DNA of 64,000 nucleotides from Mobula hypostoma (lineage: Eukaryota). The notes beneath the pieces are model-generated. The model was not told where the DNA came from. It ran no database searches and saw only the letters and a list, made by a program, of their open reading frames with translations. This document shows, one piece after another, positions 52,115 through 64,000 of the stretch. A program made the translations under genes and the position numbers. The stretch's first letter is position 1; each line of letters opens with the position of its first letter. The DNA lies in contig NC_086110.1 of the NCBI RefSeq assembly GCF_963921235.1, positions 9,610,001-9,674,000 of the forward strand, in the 5' to 3' direction.

Positions 52115-53215
52115 TCTGTATTTCCCGCTGAAATTGCATCCCTGACTTCCTAACTGGAAGACCACAGTATGTGCGGATTGGTGATAACATATCCTCCTCA
52201 CTGACGATCAACACTGGTGCACCTCAGGGGTGTGTGCTTAGCCCTCTGATCTACTCTCTGTATACACATGACTGTGTGGCTAGGTGTAGCTCAAATACCA
52301 TCTACAAATTTGCAGGCTATACAACCATTGTTGGTAGAATCTCAGGTGGTGACGAGAGTATGTACAGGAGTGAGATATGCCAACTAGTGGAATGGTGTCA
52401 CAGCAACAACCTGGCACTCAACGTCAGATGAAAGTGCTGATTGTGGACTTCAGGAAGGGTAAGCCAAAGGAGCACATACCAATCCTCATAGAGGGATCAG
52501 AAATGGAGAGAGTGAGCAGCTTCAAGTTTCTCGGTGTCAAGATCTCTGAGGATCTAACCTGGTCTCCACATATCGATGTAGTCTAAAGAAGGCAAGACGG
52601 CGGCTATACTTTATTAGGGGTTTGAAAAGCTTTGGCATGGTAGCAAATACACTAAAAAAACTTCTATAGTTGTACAGTGGTGAGCATTCTGATAGGCTAC
52701 TTCACTGTCTGATATGGAGGGGCTACTGCACGGGACCAAAAGAAGCTGCAGAAGGTTGTAAATCTAGTCAGCTCCATTTTGGGCACTAGCCTACAAAGTA
52801 CCCAGGACATCTTTAGGGAGCGGTGTCTCAGGAAGGCAGCGTCCATTATTAAGGATCTCCAGCACCCAGAGCATGCCCTATTCTCACTATTACCATCAGT
52901 TAGGAGATACAGATGCCTGAAGGCACGCACTCAGTGATTCAGGAACAGCATCTTCCCCTCTGCCATCCGATTCCTAAAAGGACATTGAAGCTTCTGACAC
53001 TACCCCATTTTTTAAATATACAATATTTCTGTTTTTGCACATTTAAAAAAATACAGTATACGTAATTGATTTACCTGTTTATTTATTATTGTTTTATTTT
53101 ATTTATTATTTTTCTCTCTCTGCTAGATTATGCATTGTATTGAACTGCTGCTGCTAAATTAACACATTTCACATCACATGCCGGTGATAATAAATCTGAT
53201 TCTGATTCTGATTCT
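52115..53215 (+). mobile_element. 5'-truncated Rex1/Babar LINE
   Basis: [43 protein letters not shown] remnants; (attctg)n tail. Confidence 0.88.
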
Positions 53216-53439
53216 AAATCTTCCTAAGAAGGTTAGACCTGCACAGCAGAGACCAGGCCATACCTATCTTGTTGAATATTTACTTTGAAACTAATGCATT
53301 GTGATTAATAGATGCAAAGTGTTCCCCTACACAAACGTCTGTCGCCTACCCAGTCTCATTCCATAATACCAGAACAGGTATCACACACTCTGTCATTGGG
53401 GCCACTGTGTACTGATTAAGGAAACTTTCCTGAATACAT

Positions 53440-54400
53440 TTGACAATCTCTATCCAATCTATTTCTTTTTTACAATATGGAAGTTCCAGTCAGTATGAGG
53501 AATGCTAAAATCACATGCTTCAACAACCTTATTTTTTGCAACATTCTGCAATCTCTGTGCATTTTTTTACCTTTTATATCACCCGGATTGTTGAGCAGTC
53601 TGTAATATAGCCCTATTAACGTGGCCACACACTTCTTATTTCTCAGTTCCACCCATAACGCCTCACTAGAAGAGTTTTCCACTCTGTCCAGACTGAACAC
53701 TGCCGTGATATTTTCCCTAACTAGTAACGCCACCCCTCCTCCTTTAATTCCTCTCACTCTGACACGTCAAATGGAATCCCAGAATACTGTGCTGCCAGCC
53801 CTGCCACTCCTGCAAACAAGTCGCACTAATGGCTGCAATATCATAATCCCATGTGTTCACTGCGCTTAAATGCCTTTCCTACGATACTTCTTTCATTGAA
53901 ATATAGTAGCTTAGGACATCAGCCGTACCGTGCTTAAATCTTTCATTCCGGACTTTTTCTGAGGTCTTAACAACTATCTTCACAAGCTCTCCACTATATG
54001 TTCCGGCACTCTGGTTCCCATTCCACTGCGACTGTAGTTTAATCCACATCCTCGCCTCCCTCCACCCCTTCTCGCTAGGATATTATCCGCACCTCCACCC
54101 ACCCGCAAGTTCAGGTGAAAACCGTCTCTTCTGTACAGATCCCAGCTTCCCTAGAATTAAGCCTAATAACCCAAAATTCTTATGCCCTCCCTTCTACATC
54201 AACTCCTTAAGTACGTGTTAAACTGTATAAACTTCCTACGTCGAATCTCACTAGCAAGTGGCACGGTTAGCAATCCTGACATCATGACCATGGATGGCTT
54301 TAACTTAACACTTGTCTCCCTGAATTCATTTTGCATAACTTCATCACTCTTCCTACCTATGTTATTGCTACCTACGTGCACTATTCACCCGCCCACCTAA
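53440..54400 (-). mobile_element. CR1 5' fragment (ORF1 esterase-like tail + EN start)
   Basis: HVGSNNIGRK...VMMSGLLTVP; GGGVALLVREN...LWVELRNKK. Confidence 0.8.
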
Positions 54401-54999
54401 GAATGCTGAGGAAGCTGAAGATAGCTGAGCTCTGCACATCTAAACTGGTGTCCTTCTATAGATGCGCAGTAGAGAACATACTAACATTCTGCACCACTAC
54501 ACGTATAGAACCTGCTCTGCAGGAGACAGGGAGGCTCTACAACGGGTAGTCAAAACTACCCAATGCATCATCAGTACACGCCTACCCGCCATCAATTTCC
54601 GAAAGGTGTTGGAAAAGGACCAACATCATGAAGGATCGCAACCACCCTACTCGTGCACTGTTTGTCCCATTCCCATCGGGAAGCAGGCTGCGTAGCATCC
54701 ACACCAATCTCACCAGAATCAAAATCAATTAGCTTCCCCAGCGGTAAGGCTGATCAACACCTCTTTTCACTCAACCCCCTTTAACAGTCCCCTCCACCAC
54801 TATTTTATCGTTTCCTGCAAGAGTCACCTCATGTACAGACACTCGTCTGCCTATCGTTACTTTATGGACATACGATTAGCCGGTGTATATGAGGTATCAT
54901 GCATTTATATTTATTATGTTTTTTTATAATTGTGTTCTTATTATTGCGGCAGAGAGGAGAAAAAAAAACTTTTGAGGTGTTGTGTAACACCTATTGGAC

Positions 55000-57900
55000 C
55001 ATTCTTTCTTTTTCAATGTTTTTATTAGTTTGAACATCATATACATTACAAAAAAATAAATGCAGAGCGATTGGGATTGTATTAATTAAAAATTATTATA
55101 TTATAAGAGTATACAGTACAGTCAAGTAACACATAGTTAGTAAACCTCGCAAAATCACACAAATTAGCAATAAAATATATAAAAGGTATACATAAAATAC
55201 AAAAGCATCGTAAAAAAAAAGAAGAAGAAAAATATATATACCCCATTAGAAAAAAAACGAATCTACCCAAACTAAAAGACAACTAATAAAAAGAAAAAGA
55301 AAGGGCTATTATGATACCATAGATAGAACCAATAGTGTCGCCACTTCTGCTCCTCTCCCCATATACTGAATTCACAAAATAGATTTGGAAAGGGTCAAAT
55401 TACATCATGTGGAAATACTCTCCAAGTCTCATCAAATTTAATAGATGGGTCATAAATGACACTTTTAATTTCTTCTAGATTTAAACAATACATAGTTTGA
55501 GAAAACAAATGAAATGTAGTAGGAGGATTAATCTCTTTCCCATTCTATAGTATAAATCTTCTAGCCATTAGAGTAACATAAGCAATCATCCGACAAGCTG
55601 AAGAGGTCAAATGATGTTTTCCTATCATTGGTAAACCAAAGATGGCAGTAATATGATGAGGTTGTAAATCAATATTCAAGACAGTTGAAATAATACCAAA
55701 AATATCGTCCCAATATTTCCTCAATAAAGGGCAAGACCAAAGCATATGAGTTAATGAGGTTATCTCAGAATGACATCACATACAGGGCTTATATGAGAGT
55801 AACAACGAGCTAATGCTTAGCACATACAGAGGAAGAGTTAACTAGTTGGAAAATTTTTTGCCATTTCTCAGTAGGTAAGGTAAGCTTAAGATCCCATTCC
55901 CAATCATCCTTATCATATTATAAATAATTGCTATTGAACCTTTCTGAAAAAGGTTTAAATCCAATTTTTTTCCCACTATATCAGTAGAATATGAAATCGG
56001 AAAGATAGCAAGAATAGTATTTTAAAAATTTCTAATCTGTAAATATCTAAAATATATGATCTAGGTAAATTATATTTATTAGATAATTGTTCAAAAGACA
56101 TAAAACAATTGTCTAAAAATAAATCAGAAAAACGTATTATACCTTTTGTTTTCCAGACTAGATAGGCTTGATCCAAAAAGGAGGGATGAAAGAGAAAGTT
56201 GGATACAATAGGGCTTGCTAAAATAAATTGATTCAATCCAAAAAAATTTCGAAACTGAAACCATATTCGAAGAGTATATTTAACTATTGGGTTATCCATT
56301 TGTTTGTCCAGTTTAGAAAAGGGAAAAGGAAGTGGGGTCCCTAAAATAGAACCCAATGAAAATCCTGAAACAGAATTACATTCAAGATTAACCCATTTTG
56401 GACCTGGAACTGTATCCCAATTCCATGTCCAAAATTTTAAATAACGAATATTAATCGCCCAATAGTAGAATCTAAGGTTTGGCAATGCTAAGCTACCATC
56501 GTTTTTGGGCTTCTGTAAATATCTTTTACCAAGTCTAGGATTTTTATTCTGCCATAAGTATGAGGAAATCTTTGAATCCACATTATCAAAAAAAGATTTC
56601 GGAATAAAAATTGGCAGTGCTTGAAGTAAATATAGAAACTTAGGTAAAATAATCATCTTAACAGCGTTGATCCAACCAATTAATGACAAGAACATTGGTG
56701 ACCATTTAGTAATCAAACATTTAATCTGATCAAGTAACAGTAAAACATTAACCTTCAATAAACCCTTAGGCTTCTTAGTAATTTTGACTCCTAAATAGGT
56801 AAAATGATCAGTAACTAATCTAAATGGTAAACATTTATAGTTTGGAACCATCATATTTAACGGAAAAAAGTTCACTCTTATTAAGATTCAGTTTGTAACC
56901 AGAAAATTTACTAAACTTATTCAACAAGGATAGAGTTGCAGGAATGGGTTTTTCTGGGTCAGAAATATATAATAGTAAATCATCTGCATATAATGGTAAC
57001 TTATGTACAGTATCTCTTTCCCACGAGTAATACCAAAGATATTTGGTGAATCTCGAATAGCAATTGCTGAAGGTTCTAAAGCAATATCAAATAATAAAGG
57101 ACTTAAAGGACAACCCTGCCTAGTGCTACGAAATAATCGAAAAAGGGAGATCTTTGATTATTAGTCAAAACCGAAGCTAAAGGAGTATGATATATCAGTT
57201 TAATCCAGGATATAAATATCGGGCTAAAATTAAACTTCTCAAGCTTATTAAATAAATATGGCCATTCAACTCTGTAAAAAGCTTTCTCAGCATCTCATGA
57301 AATAACACATTCTGAAGTTCTCAGTGAAGGAGTATAAATAATATTTATTAATCTCCAAATATTAAAAGATAAATAACGATTTTTAATAAATCCAGTTTGA
57401 TCCGCAGAAATAATTTGAGTTAATATTTTTTCTAACCTAGATGCTAGTATTTTAGAAAAAAAATTTGAATCGACATTCAATAAGGATATCGGTCTATATG
57501 ATGCACATTCAGTAGGATCCTTATTTTTTTAAGTAAAGAAAATAGAGGCTCCATAAAATGATTGAAGTAGTTTACCTATAATAATTGCACTTCTAAAAAC
57601 TCTGTATAACTGGGGAGAAAGAATAGAAGAAAAAAACTCTATTCTGCTGTATAGCCATCTGGGCCGGGTGATTTGTCAGAATTCATTGAAGAAATAGCAC
57701 CCATTATTTCTTCGTCCGTAATAGGTGTTTTTAACTTTAAACGTTCTTCGGGTGTTAATTTCGGAAAGTTCAATTTCCTTAAAAAGTCATGCATCTCCCT
57801 AGGATCATGAGAAAATTCTGACTGATATAAAGATGTATAAAATTCTTGAAAAGAGTTATTAAGCTCATCATGATCAACTGTTAAAGTATCATTAGGTTTA

Positions 57901-58430
57901 CGAACCTTAGTAATTTGACGTTTAACTGAAGTTGTTTTAATTGATTGGTTAATAATTTACCAGATTTATCACTATGTATCTAAAACTCACTTCTTGTATT
58001 CATTAGTTGATTTTCTATTGACGATGTTAAGAGTAAACTATGCTCCATTTGAAGTTCAACTCTCTGTTAGTAAAGCTCCTCATTAGGAGCAGTGGCATAT
58101 TGTTTATCAATGTCTTTAATCTTATCAACCAACACAAGTATTTCATTCTTAGTGCGTTTTTTCAATCCAGCCGAGTAGGAAATGATCTGACCACGGATAT
58201 AAGCTTTAAATGTGTCCCATATAACCCCAATGGGAATTTCGTCCGTAGTATTAGTTTTAAAAAAAAAGTCAATCTGAGCCTTAATAAATTTTACAAAATC
58301 TGAGTCTTGAAGTAAATTGGAATTAAAACGCCATTGTGTAGTATTAAAAGACATAACATCACCTGAGAGAACCATTGTATCAAAGTGGGAGCAGAGGCAT
58401 CTTTCCATTTTAATAGAATTGCCCTTCGAG
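55000..58430 (-). mobile_element. Decayed L1-clade LINE ORF2
   Basis: WRFNSNLLQD, WDTFKAYIRG, KSPGPDG, RPISLLNVD, QTGFIKNR, YLGVKIT, GWINAVKMIILPK, HMLWSCP; A-rich tail near 55000-55030. Confidence 0.9.
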
Positions 58431-59089
58431 CCAATAACGTGACAAATGCAATTACGTATTGGTCTGATATAGAAATACCGTGAATATATTGACTGTACAT
58501 CGGAACATGCTGTGAAATGTGCCGCCGTCGTTAATAACCAACACACCCAAGAATATGCTTGGTGCAACTCGCAGTCGCCTCATATTCCAGCGCCACTTTG
58601 CCCACCTTTCTCCGCATTAAAATACAGAACACATCAAAGCAGAACATAACAAGCGACAAATCAACAACTTTTAAAGAAGTATCATTCCTTTCTCCCTCTC
58701 ACACATACACCCACGGGCACACACAGTCTTCTAATCCCTGATCAGGGCATCTTCGGCCTCGGCATCCAGCAGTCTCCTGTGCTCTCCGCAGGGGATACAC
58801 AGAGATTTGCAGACTCCATCTCTCTCCATTGAACATCGACTTCTGGAGTTAAGATCCACTTTCGGGCTTAGATCTGGACTATTGATACCATCTGGCTAAA
58901 GAGATCCATCCTCTTCTGTTCCAAGGGGACGTCCTTCTATTATGAGTAAACTCTCCCACGATTGGATGCATACTCTGGACGTCCCTCTATATAGGCATTT
59001 TCAATATTCTGTAGGATGCAATGTGTGATTGCACGTCCACCCCCACCCCGCATTCTTCAAAACTTCAGCGAGTACAAACACATGAGATC

Positions 59090-60330
59090 ATCCTTGCATT
59101 CCCATGATCATTCTCGTAAACTTATTATCGGCCCTCTCCAAAGTCAACGCATTCTTTGTTAGATATTGATCCGAAAACTGATCCAACTGTGACCCGACCA
59201 ATACCTTGTAAGCCTCAGTATTCCGTTATCCCTTTTATATTCTAGGCTTCGTGAAATGAATGCCAACATTACATTAGCCTTTACTTCCAGCAGCTCAACA
59301 CGCCCCTTAACCTGCACTAGGACCCCAAGTCGTGTTTTTTTGCACTCCTGATTTCTAAATTAGCTCCCTGTTTAGAAAATAGTGTATGCCTTTACTCCTT
59401 CTAATAAAGTTCATGACCATGCACTTCCCTACACTGTATTCTATCTGCAACATTTTGCCCATATTGCTCATCGATCCACCAGCTTCTGCAGACTTCGTGT
59501 TTCCTCAACGATACCTACCCCTCCACGTATCTTTGTATCATTCGGAAAACTTAGCCTCAAGCCATAAATTTCGTCATCCATATAATTAACATATAACATG
59601 AAATGTAGCAGATCCAGCACCGATCCCTGTGGAACAGGGCCGCCTATCTACTTCTGCAAATATTCGCCCACATTCCCTCACTCTAGCCCTAATTTTCTCA
59701 CTTCTTACCTGCGTTGTCCTACCCTGTTTTTAGTTATGCTCTTGGTTTCATAGCCATGGAATCATAGAATACTACATCACAGAAAGAGGCCGTTCGGTCC
59801 GGCCAATCTGTGCAGAACCATTTAAACTACCTAGTCCAAACGACCTACACTTGAACCATATTCCCCCCGCCCACCATACCACTCATATCGATGTACATAT
59901 CCAAACTTCTCTTGAACGTTGAAATCGAGCTCGCTTGCAGCATTGTGCTTCCAGCGCTTCCACGCCTTCAAAACCCTCCGAGCGAAGACTCTTGATTTGC
60001 CTAAACAACTTACTTTCAACCTTAACCCATGACCTCTGGTTGTAGTTCCACCCAACTTGAGTGGAAAAAGCCTACCTGCATTAACTCTATTTATAGCCCT
60101 CATAATTTTGTATACCTCTTTCTAACCTCCACTCAATCGTCTATGTTCCCAGCATTAATGTCGTAACCTATTAAATGTTTCCTTATAAATCAGATCCTGC
60201 AGTCCTGGCAACAATCTCGTAAATTTTCTGTCTTCTCTTTCGATCTTAATTGCATGTTTACTGTAGGTAGGTGACCAAAAAATGCACACAATGGTCCACA
60301 TAAGGCCTCACCAAAGTCCTGAAATTTTTT
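59090..60330 (-). mobile_element. CR1 3' fragments
   Basis: RT C-terminal and 3'UTR remnants (RVNAGRLFPL...). Confidence 0.7.
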
Positions 60331-60639
60331 CAACGAAGCATAGCCACGAGAAATTCTGAAGATGCTGGAAATCCAAAGCGACACATACAAAATATTGCAG
60401 GAACTAGCAAATCAGGAATCATCATCGATGGCAGTAGGCGCTTCGGACGGGACCTGTCTTCAATACTGGAAAGGAAGGGGTAAGACGCCAGAATAAAAAG
60501 GTAGAGGAAGAGGAAGGAGGATGGTTAAAAGGTGATTGCTGAAACCGGATTGGTAGGAAAGATAAAGAAGGGCTTAAGTAGGAGGAATCTGATAGAGAGG
60601 AGACTGGATCATAGGAGGAGATCAACATTCTTGCGGGCA

Positions 60640-61250
60640 GGTTTGTTAGAACTGCTGGGGAGGGTTTAAACTAACCTGGCAGAGGGTTGGGAACCGGAGT
60701 GAAGGGATTCTGGGGCTAACATATAAGGAGCGTTTGTCAGCTCTTGGAGGGGCTAACATATGAGGAGCGTTTGTCGGCTCTTGGAGGGGCTAACATATGA
60801 GGAGCTTTTGTCGGCTCTTGGATTGTACTCGTTAGAGTATAGAAAAATGAGAGGGGATCTCATAGAAACATTTCCAATGTTGAAAAGGTTGGACAGAGAA
60901 GATGTGGAAAGGTTGTTTCCCTCAGTGGGTGAGTCCAGGACAAGAGTCCATAGTCTTAGAAATAGAGGGTACCCAGTTAAAACAGAGATGAGGGGAAATT
61001 TTTTTAGGTCGTGGATTTGTGGAATTCGTTGCCACATACAGCTGTGGAGGCTCGATCATTGAGGGTGTTTAAGGAAGAGATTGACAGGTATCTAATTAGT
61101 CAGGGTATCAAGGGATATGGGGAAAAAGTCGGAAATTGGAACTAGATGGGTGAATACTTTAGCTCATGAGTGAGCTGCGGAGCAGACTCGATGGGCCGAA
61201 TGGCCTACTTCTGCTCCTTTGTCTTGTCTTGTGATCTTGTGATTCAGGAA
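60640..61250 (+). mobile_element. CR1 ORF1-end stub fused to a CR1 3' fragment, with 3 x 37-bp tandem repeat at 60712-60822
   Basis: ggggctaacatatgaggagcgtttgtcggctcttgga x3; LYSLEYRKMRGDLIE; 3'UTR. Confidence 0.8.
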
Positions 61251-61339
61251 AGTAAAAATGGCAAAAAAGTGAAGATAGCGTGCAGTCATATTGTCGGTAG
61301 GGCAGACAGGTGATGGGACTTAGTTGCAGCCAAAAGGCC

Positions 61340-63860
61340 AAGCATCAAATCATTAGGGATACAGAACCAGAAAGGATTGTAAATACGGTACTCAAGGTGT
61401 TGTATCTAAATGCACGTAGCATAAGAAATAAGCTGGATGATCTTATTGCAATATTACAGATTGCCAGGCATCATGTTGTGGCCATCACTTAATCTTGGTT
61501 GAAGGATGGTTGTAATTGGAAGCTGGATGTCCAAGGTTACACGTTATATAGGAGGGATAGGAAGATAGGCAGAGGGCGTGGTCTGGCTCCACTGGTAAAG
61601 AATGGCATCAAATCAGTAGAAAGATGTGACATAGAATCAGAAGATGTTGAATCCTTGTGGGTTGGAATAAGAAACTGCAAAGGTAAAAGGGAGTTGATGG
61701 CAGTTATATACAGGCCTCTCAACAGTGGCTGGGAGGTGAACCAGAAGTTACAACAGGAAATAGAAAAGTAGAAGGAGCTGCTGGCAGAGATGTCAGCAGG
61801 GAAGCAATGGCGTCTGTTTCTGTGGAAAATAAGGAAGGTGAAGGATATGTGTATTTCAAAAATGAAGGAGTACTCAAATGGTAAAATAGTACAACTGTGG
61901 CTGAAAAGGGAATTCAAAGCTATTGTAAAAGCAAAACAAAAGACACACAACAAAGGAAAAAATTAGTGGGAAGATAAAGGTTTGGGAAGTTTTTAAAAAT
62001 CTACAGAGAGCAACTAATAAAAACACTAGAATGGAAAAGATGAAATATGAAAGCAAGCTAGCAAATAATATCAAAGTGGATAGTAAAAGTTTTTTCAAGT
62101 ATGTTGAAAATAAAAGAGAAATGAGAGTGGATATAGGACCACCAGAAAATGAGGCGGGAGAAATAATAACGGTGGACAAGGGCGTGGCTGCTGAACTAAA
62201 TGAGTAGCTTGCATCAGTTTTCACTGTGGAAGACACTGACAGTATGCGTGATATTTTAGTGTATGAAGGAAGCGAAGTAGGTGATGTTACTGTTACAAGC
62301 GAAAAGGCGCTCAAAAAGCTGAAACTCCGAAAGGTACATAATTCACCCGGACCAGATAAACCGCACTCTAGGGTTCTGAAAGAGGAGGCATTAGAAATAA
62401 TCTTTCAAATATCATTGGACTGTGGCTTGCTGCCAGAGGACTAGAAAATTTCAAGCGTTAATCCACTTGTTAAGAACGGAGGAAGGCAACAGAAAGGAAA
62501 TTATAGGCCAGCTAGCCTGACCTCAGTAGTTGGGAAGATGTTAGAATCAATTGTTAAGGATGAGGTGATGAAGTTCTTGGTGACACAGGACAAGGTAGTG
62601 CAAAGTCAGCATGGTTTCTTTCATGGAAAATCCTGCCTGGCGAACCTGTTGGAATTCTTTGAGGAGATTACAAGTAGGATAGATAAAGGGGATGCTGTGG
62701 ATGTTGTATATTTGGACTTTCAGAACGTGCCACACATGAGGCTGTTTACAAAGTTAAGAACCCATGGTATTGCAGGTAAATTATTAACGTGGTTAGAGCA
62801 TTGGCTGATTGGTAGAAGGCAGCGAGTGGGAATAAATGGATTCTTTTCTGTATGGCTGCCAGTGACTAGAGGTGTTCCGCAGGGACTGGTGTTCGGACCA
62901 CTTCTTTTTATTCTGTATATAAATTATTTAGTTCATGGAATAGATGGCTTTGTTGCCAAATTTTCAGATAATACGAAGATTGGTGGAGCAGCAGGTTGTG
63001 TTGAGGAAACAGGTACGACGGAGAAGGCCTTAGACTGATTATGAGAATAGGCAAGAAAGTGACAAATGAAATATTATGTTGGAAAATGCATGGTCATGCA
63101 CGTTGGTAGTAGAAATAAATGAGCGGACTATTTTCTAAACAGGGAGAAAATCGAGGAATCTGAGACGCAGGGATACGTCGGAATCCTTCTGCAGAACACC
63201 CTGAAGGTTAACCTGCAAGGTGAGGAAGGCAAAAGGCCATGATCGCATTGATTTCAAGAGGTCTTAGAATACAAGAGCAAGGATGTGATTCTGAGGCTTT
63301 ATAAGGCACTGGTGAGGACTCGCCTTCGTTATTGTGAACAGTTTTGGGCCCCTCATCTTAGAAATGATGTGCTTCCATTGGGGACGGTCCAGAGGAGGTT
63401 CACAAGGACGATTCCAGGAAGGAAAGGGTTTTCAGACGAGGAACGTTTGATAGCTCTTGGTCTGTACTCAATAGAATTGAGAAGGATGAGTGGGGAGAGT
63501 CTTGTTGAAACCTTTCGAATGTTGAATGTCCTAGACAGAGTAGATGTGGAAAGGATGTTTCCCATGGTGGGAGAATCTAGGACAAGAATGCACAGCCTCA
63601 GAATAGACGGGCGTCCTTTCAAAACAGAAATACGGAGAAATTTCTTTAGTCAAAGAGTGGTGAATTTGTGGAATTTGATGTCAAATGCATCTATGGAGGC
63701 CAGATCGTTGGGTGTATTGATAGCTTCTTGATTGGACATGGCATCAAAGTTACGGGGAGGAAGCCAGGAACCTGGGGTTGAGGAGGAGATAGAAAAAAGT
63801 ATTGAATGACAGAGTAGACTCAATGGGTCAGATGGCTTTATTCAGCTCCTATGTCTAATA
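61340..63860 (+). mobile_element. Decayed CR1 LINE ORF2 with internal deletions
   Basis: LYLNARSI, RPLNS, PGPD, VYLDF, GVPQGLVFGP, KFSDN; 3'UTR. Confidence 0.88.
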
Positions 63861-64000
63861 ATCCTATCGTCTTATGGAGAAATAGAAGCAGGATGGTATC
63901 CAAGGGGTGGCAATAGTCAGGTGAGAAAAGGCGAGGCCAGATTGTTGAATAGAAAGGTGGAGGTCGGTGCAAATTATTTTACCGGAAGATTCGTGCCATC

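Noticed and set aside
1-64000. CRISPR arrays, rRNA/tRNA genes or prokaryotic systems
   Set aside because: No repeat-spacer arrays or structural RNA genes seen; sequence is intron- and LINE-rich eukaryotic DNA

Overview
Repeat-dominated vertebrate genomic DNA. The repeat families and the Ig-domain style suggest a cartilaginous fish, probably a ray; this is an inference, not a database match. Most of the window is a nested stack of transposons: many CR1 LINEs, two Tc1 IR/DR elements, a near-intact Penelope-like element with a hammerhead-ribozyme motif, Rex1/Babar fragments, an L1, a Gypsy element with integrase upstream of RT (Gmr1-like), LTRs and a mariner MITE. The host content is a minus-strand immunoglobulin-superfamily receptor gene that the ORF track only partly shows. 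Its exons are V (36010-35690), C1 (32225-31923), TM (30888-30775), a probable short cytoplasmic exon (29764-29727) and a tyrosine-motif tail (24439-24257), and they splice in frame. A decayed tandem paralog lies at about 44.4-51.6 kb with a duplicated C1 exon, a frameshift, a lost splice acceptor and a stop just before the TM. Together these look like a SIRP/NKp30-like immune-receptor cluster undergoing birth-and-death evolution. No prokaryotic features (CRISPR, operons) are supported.
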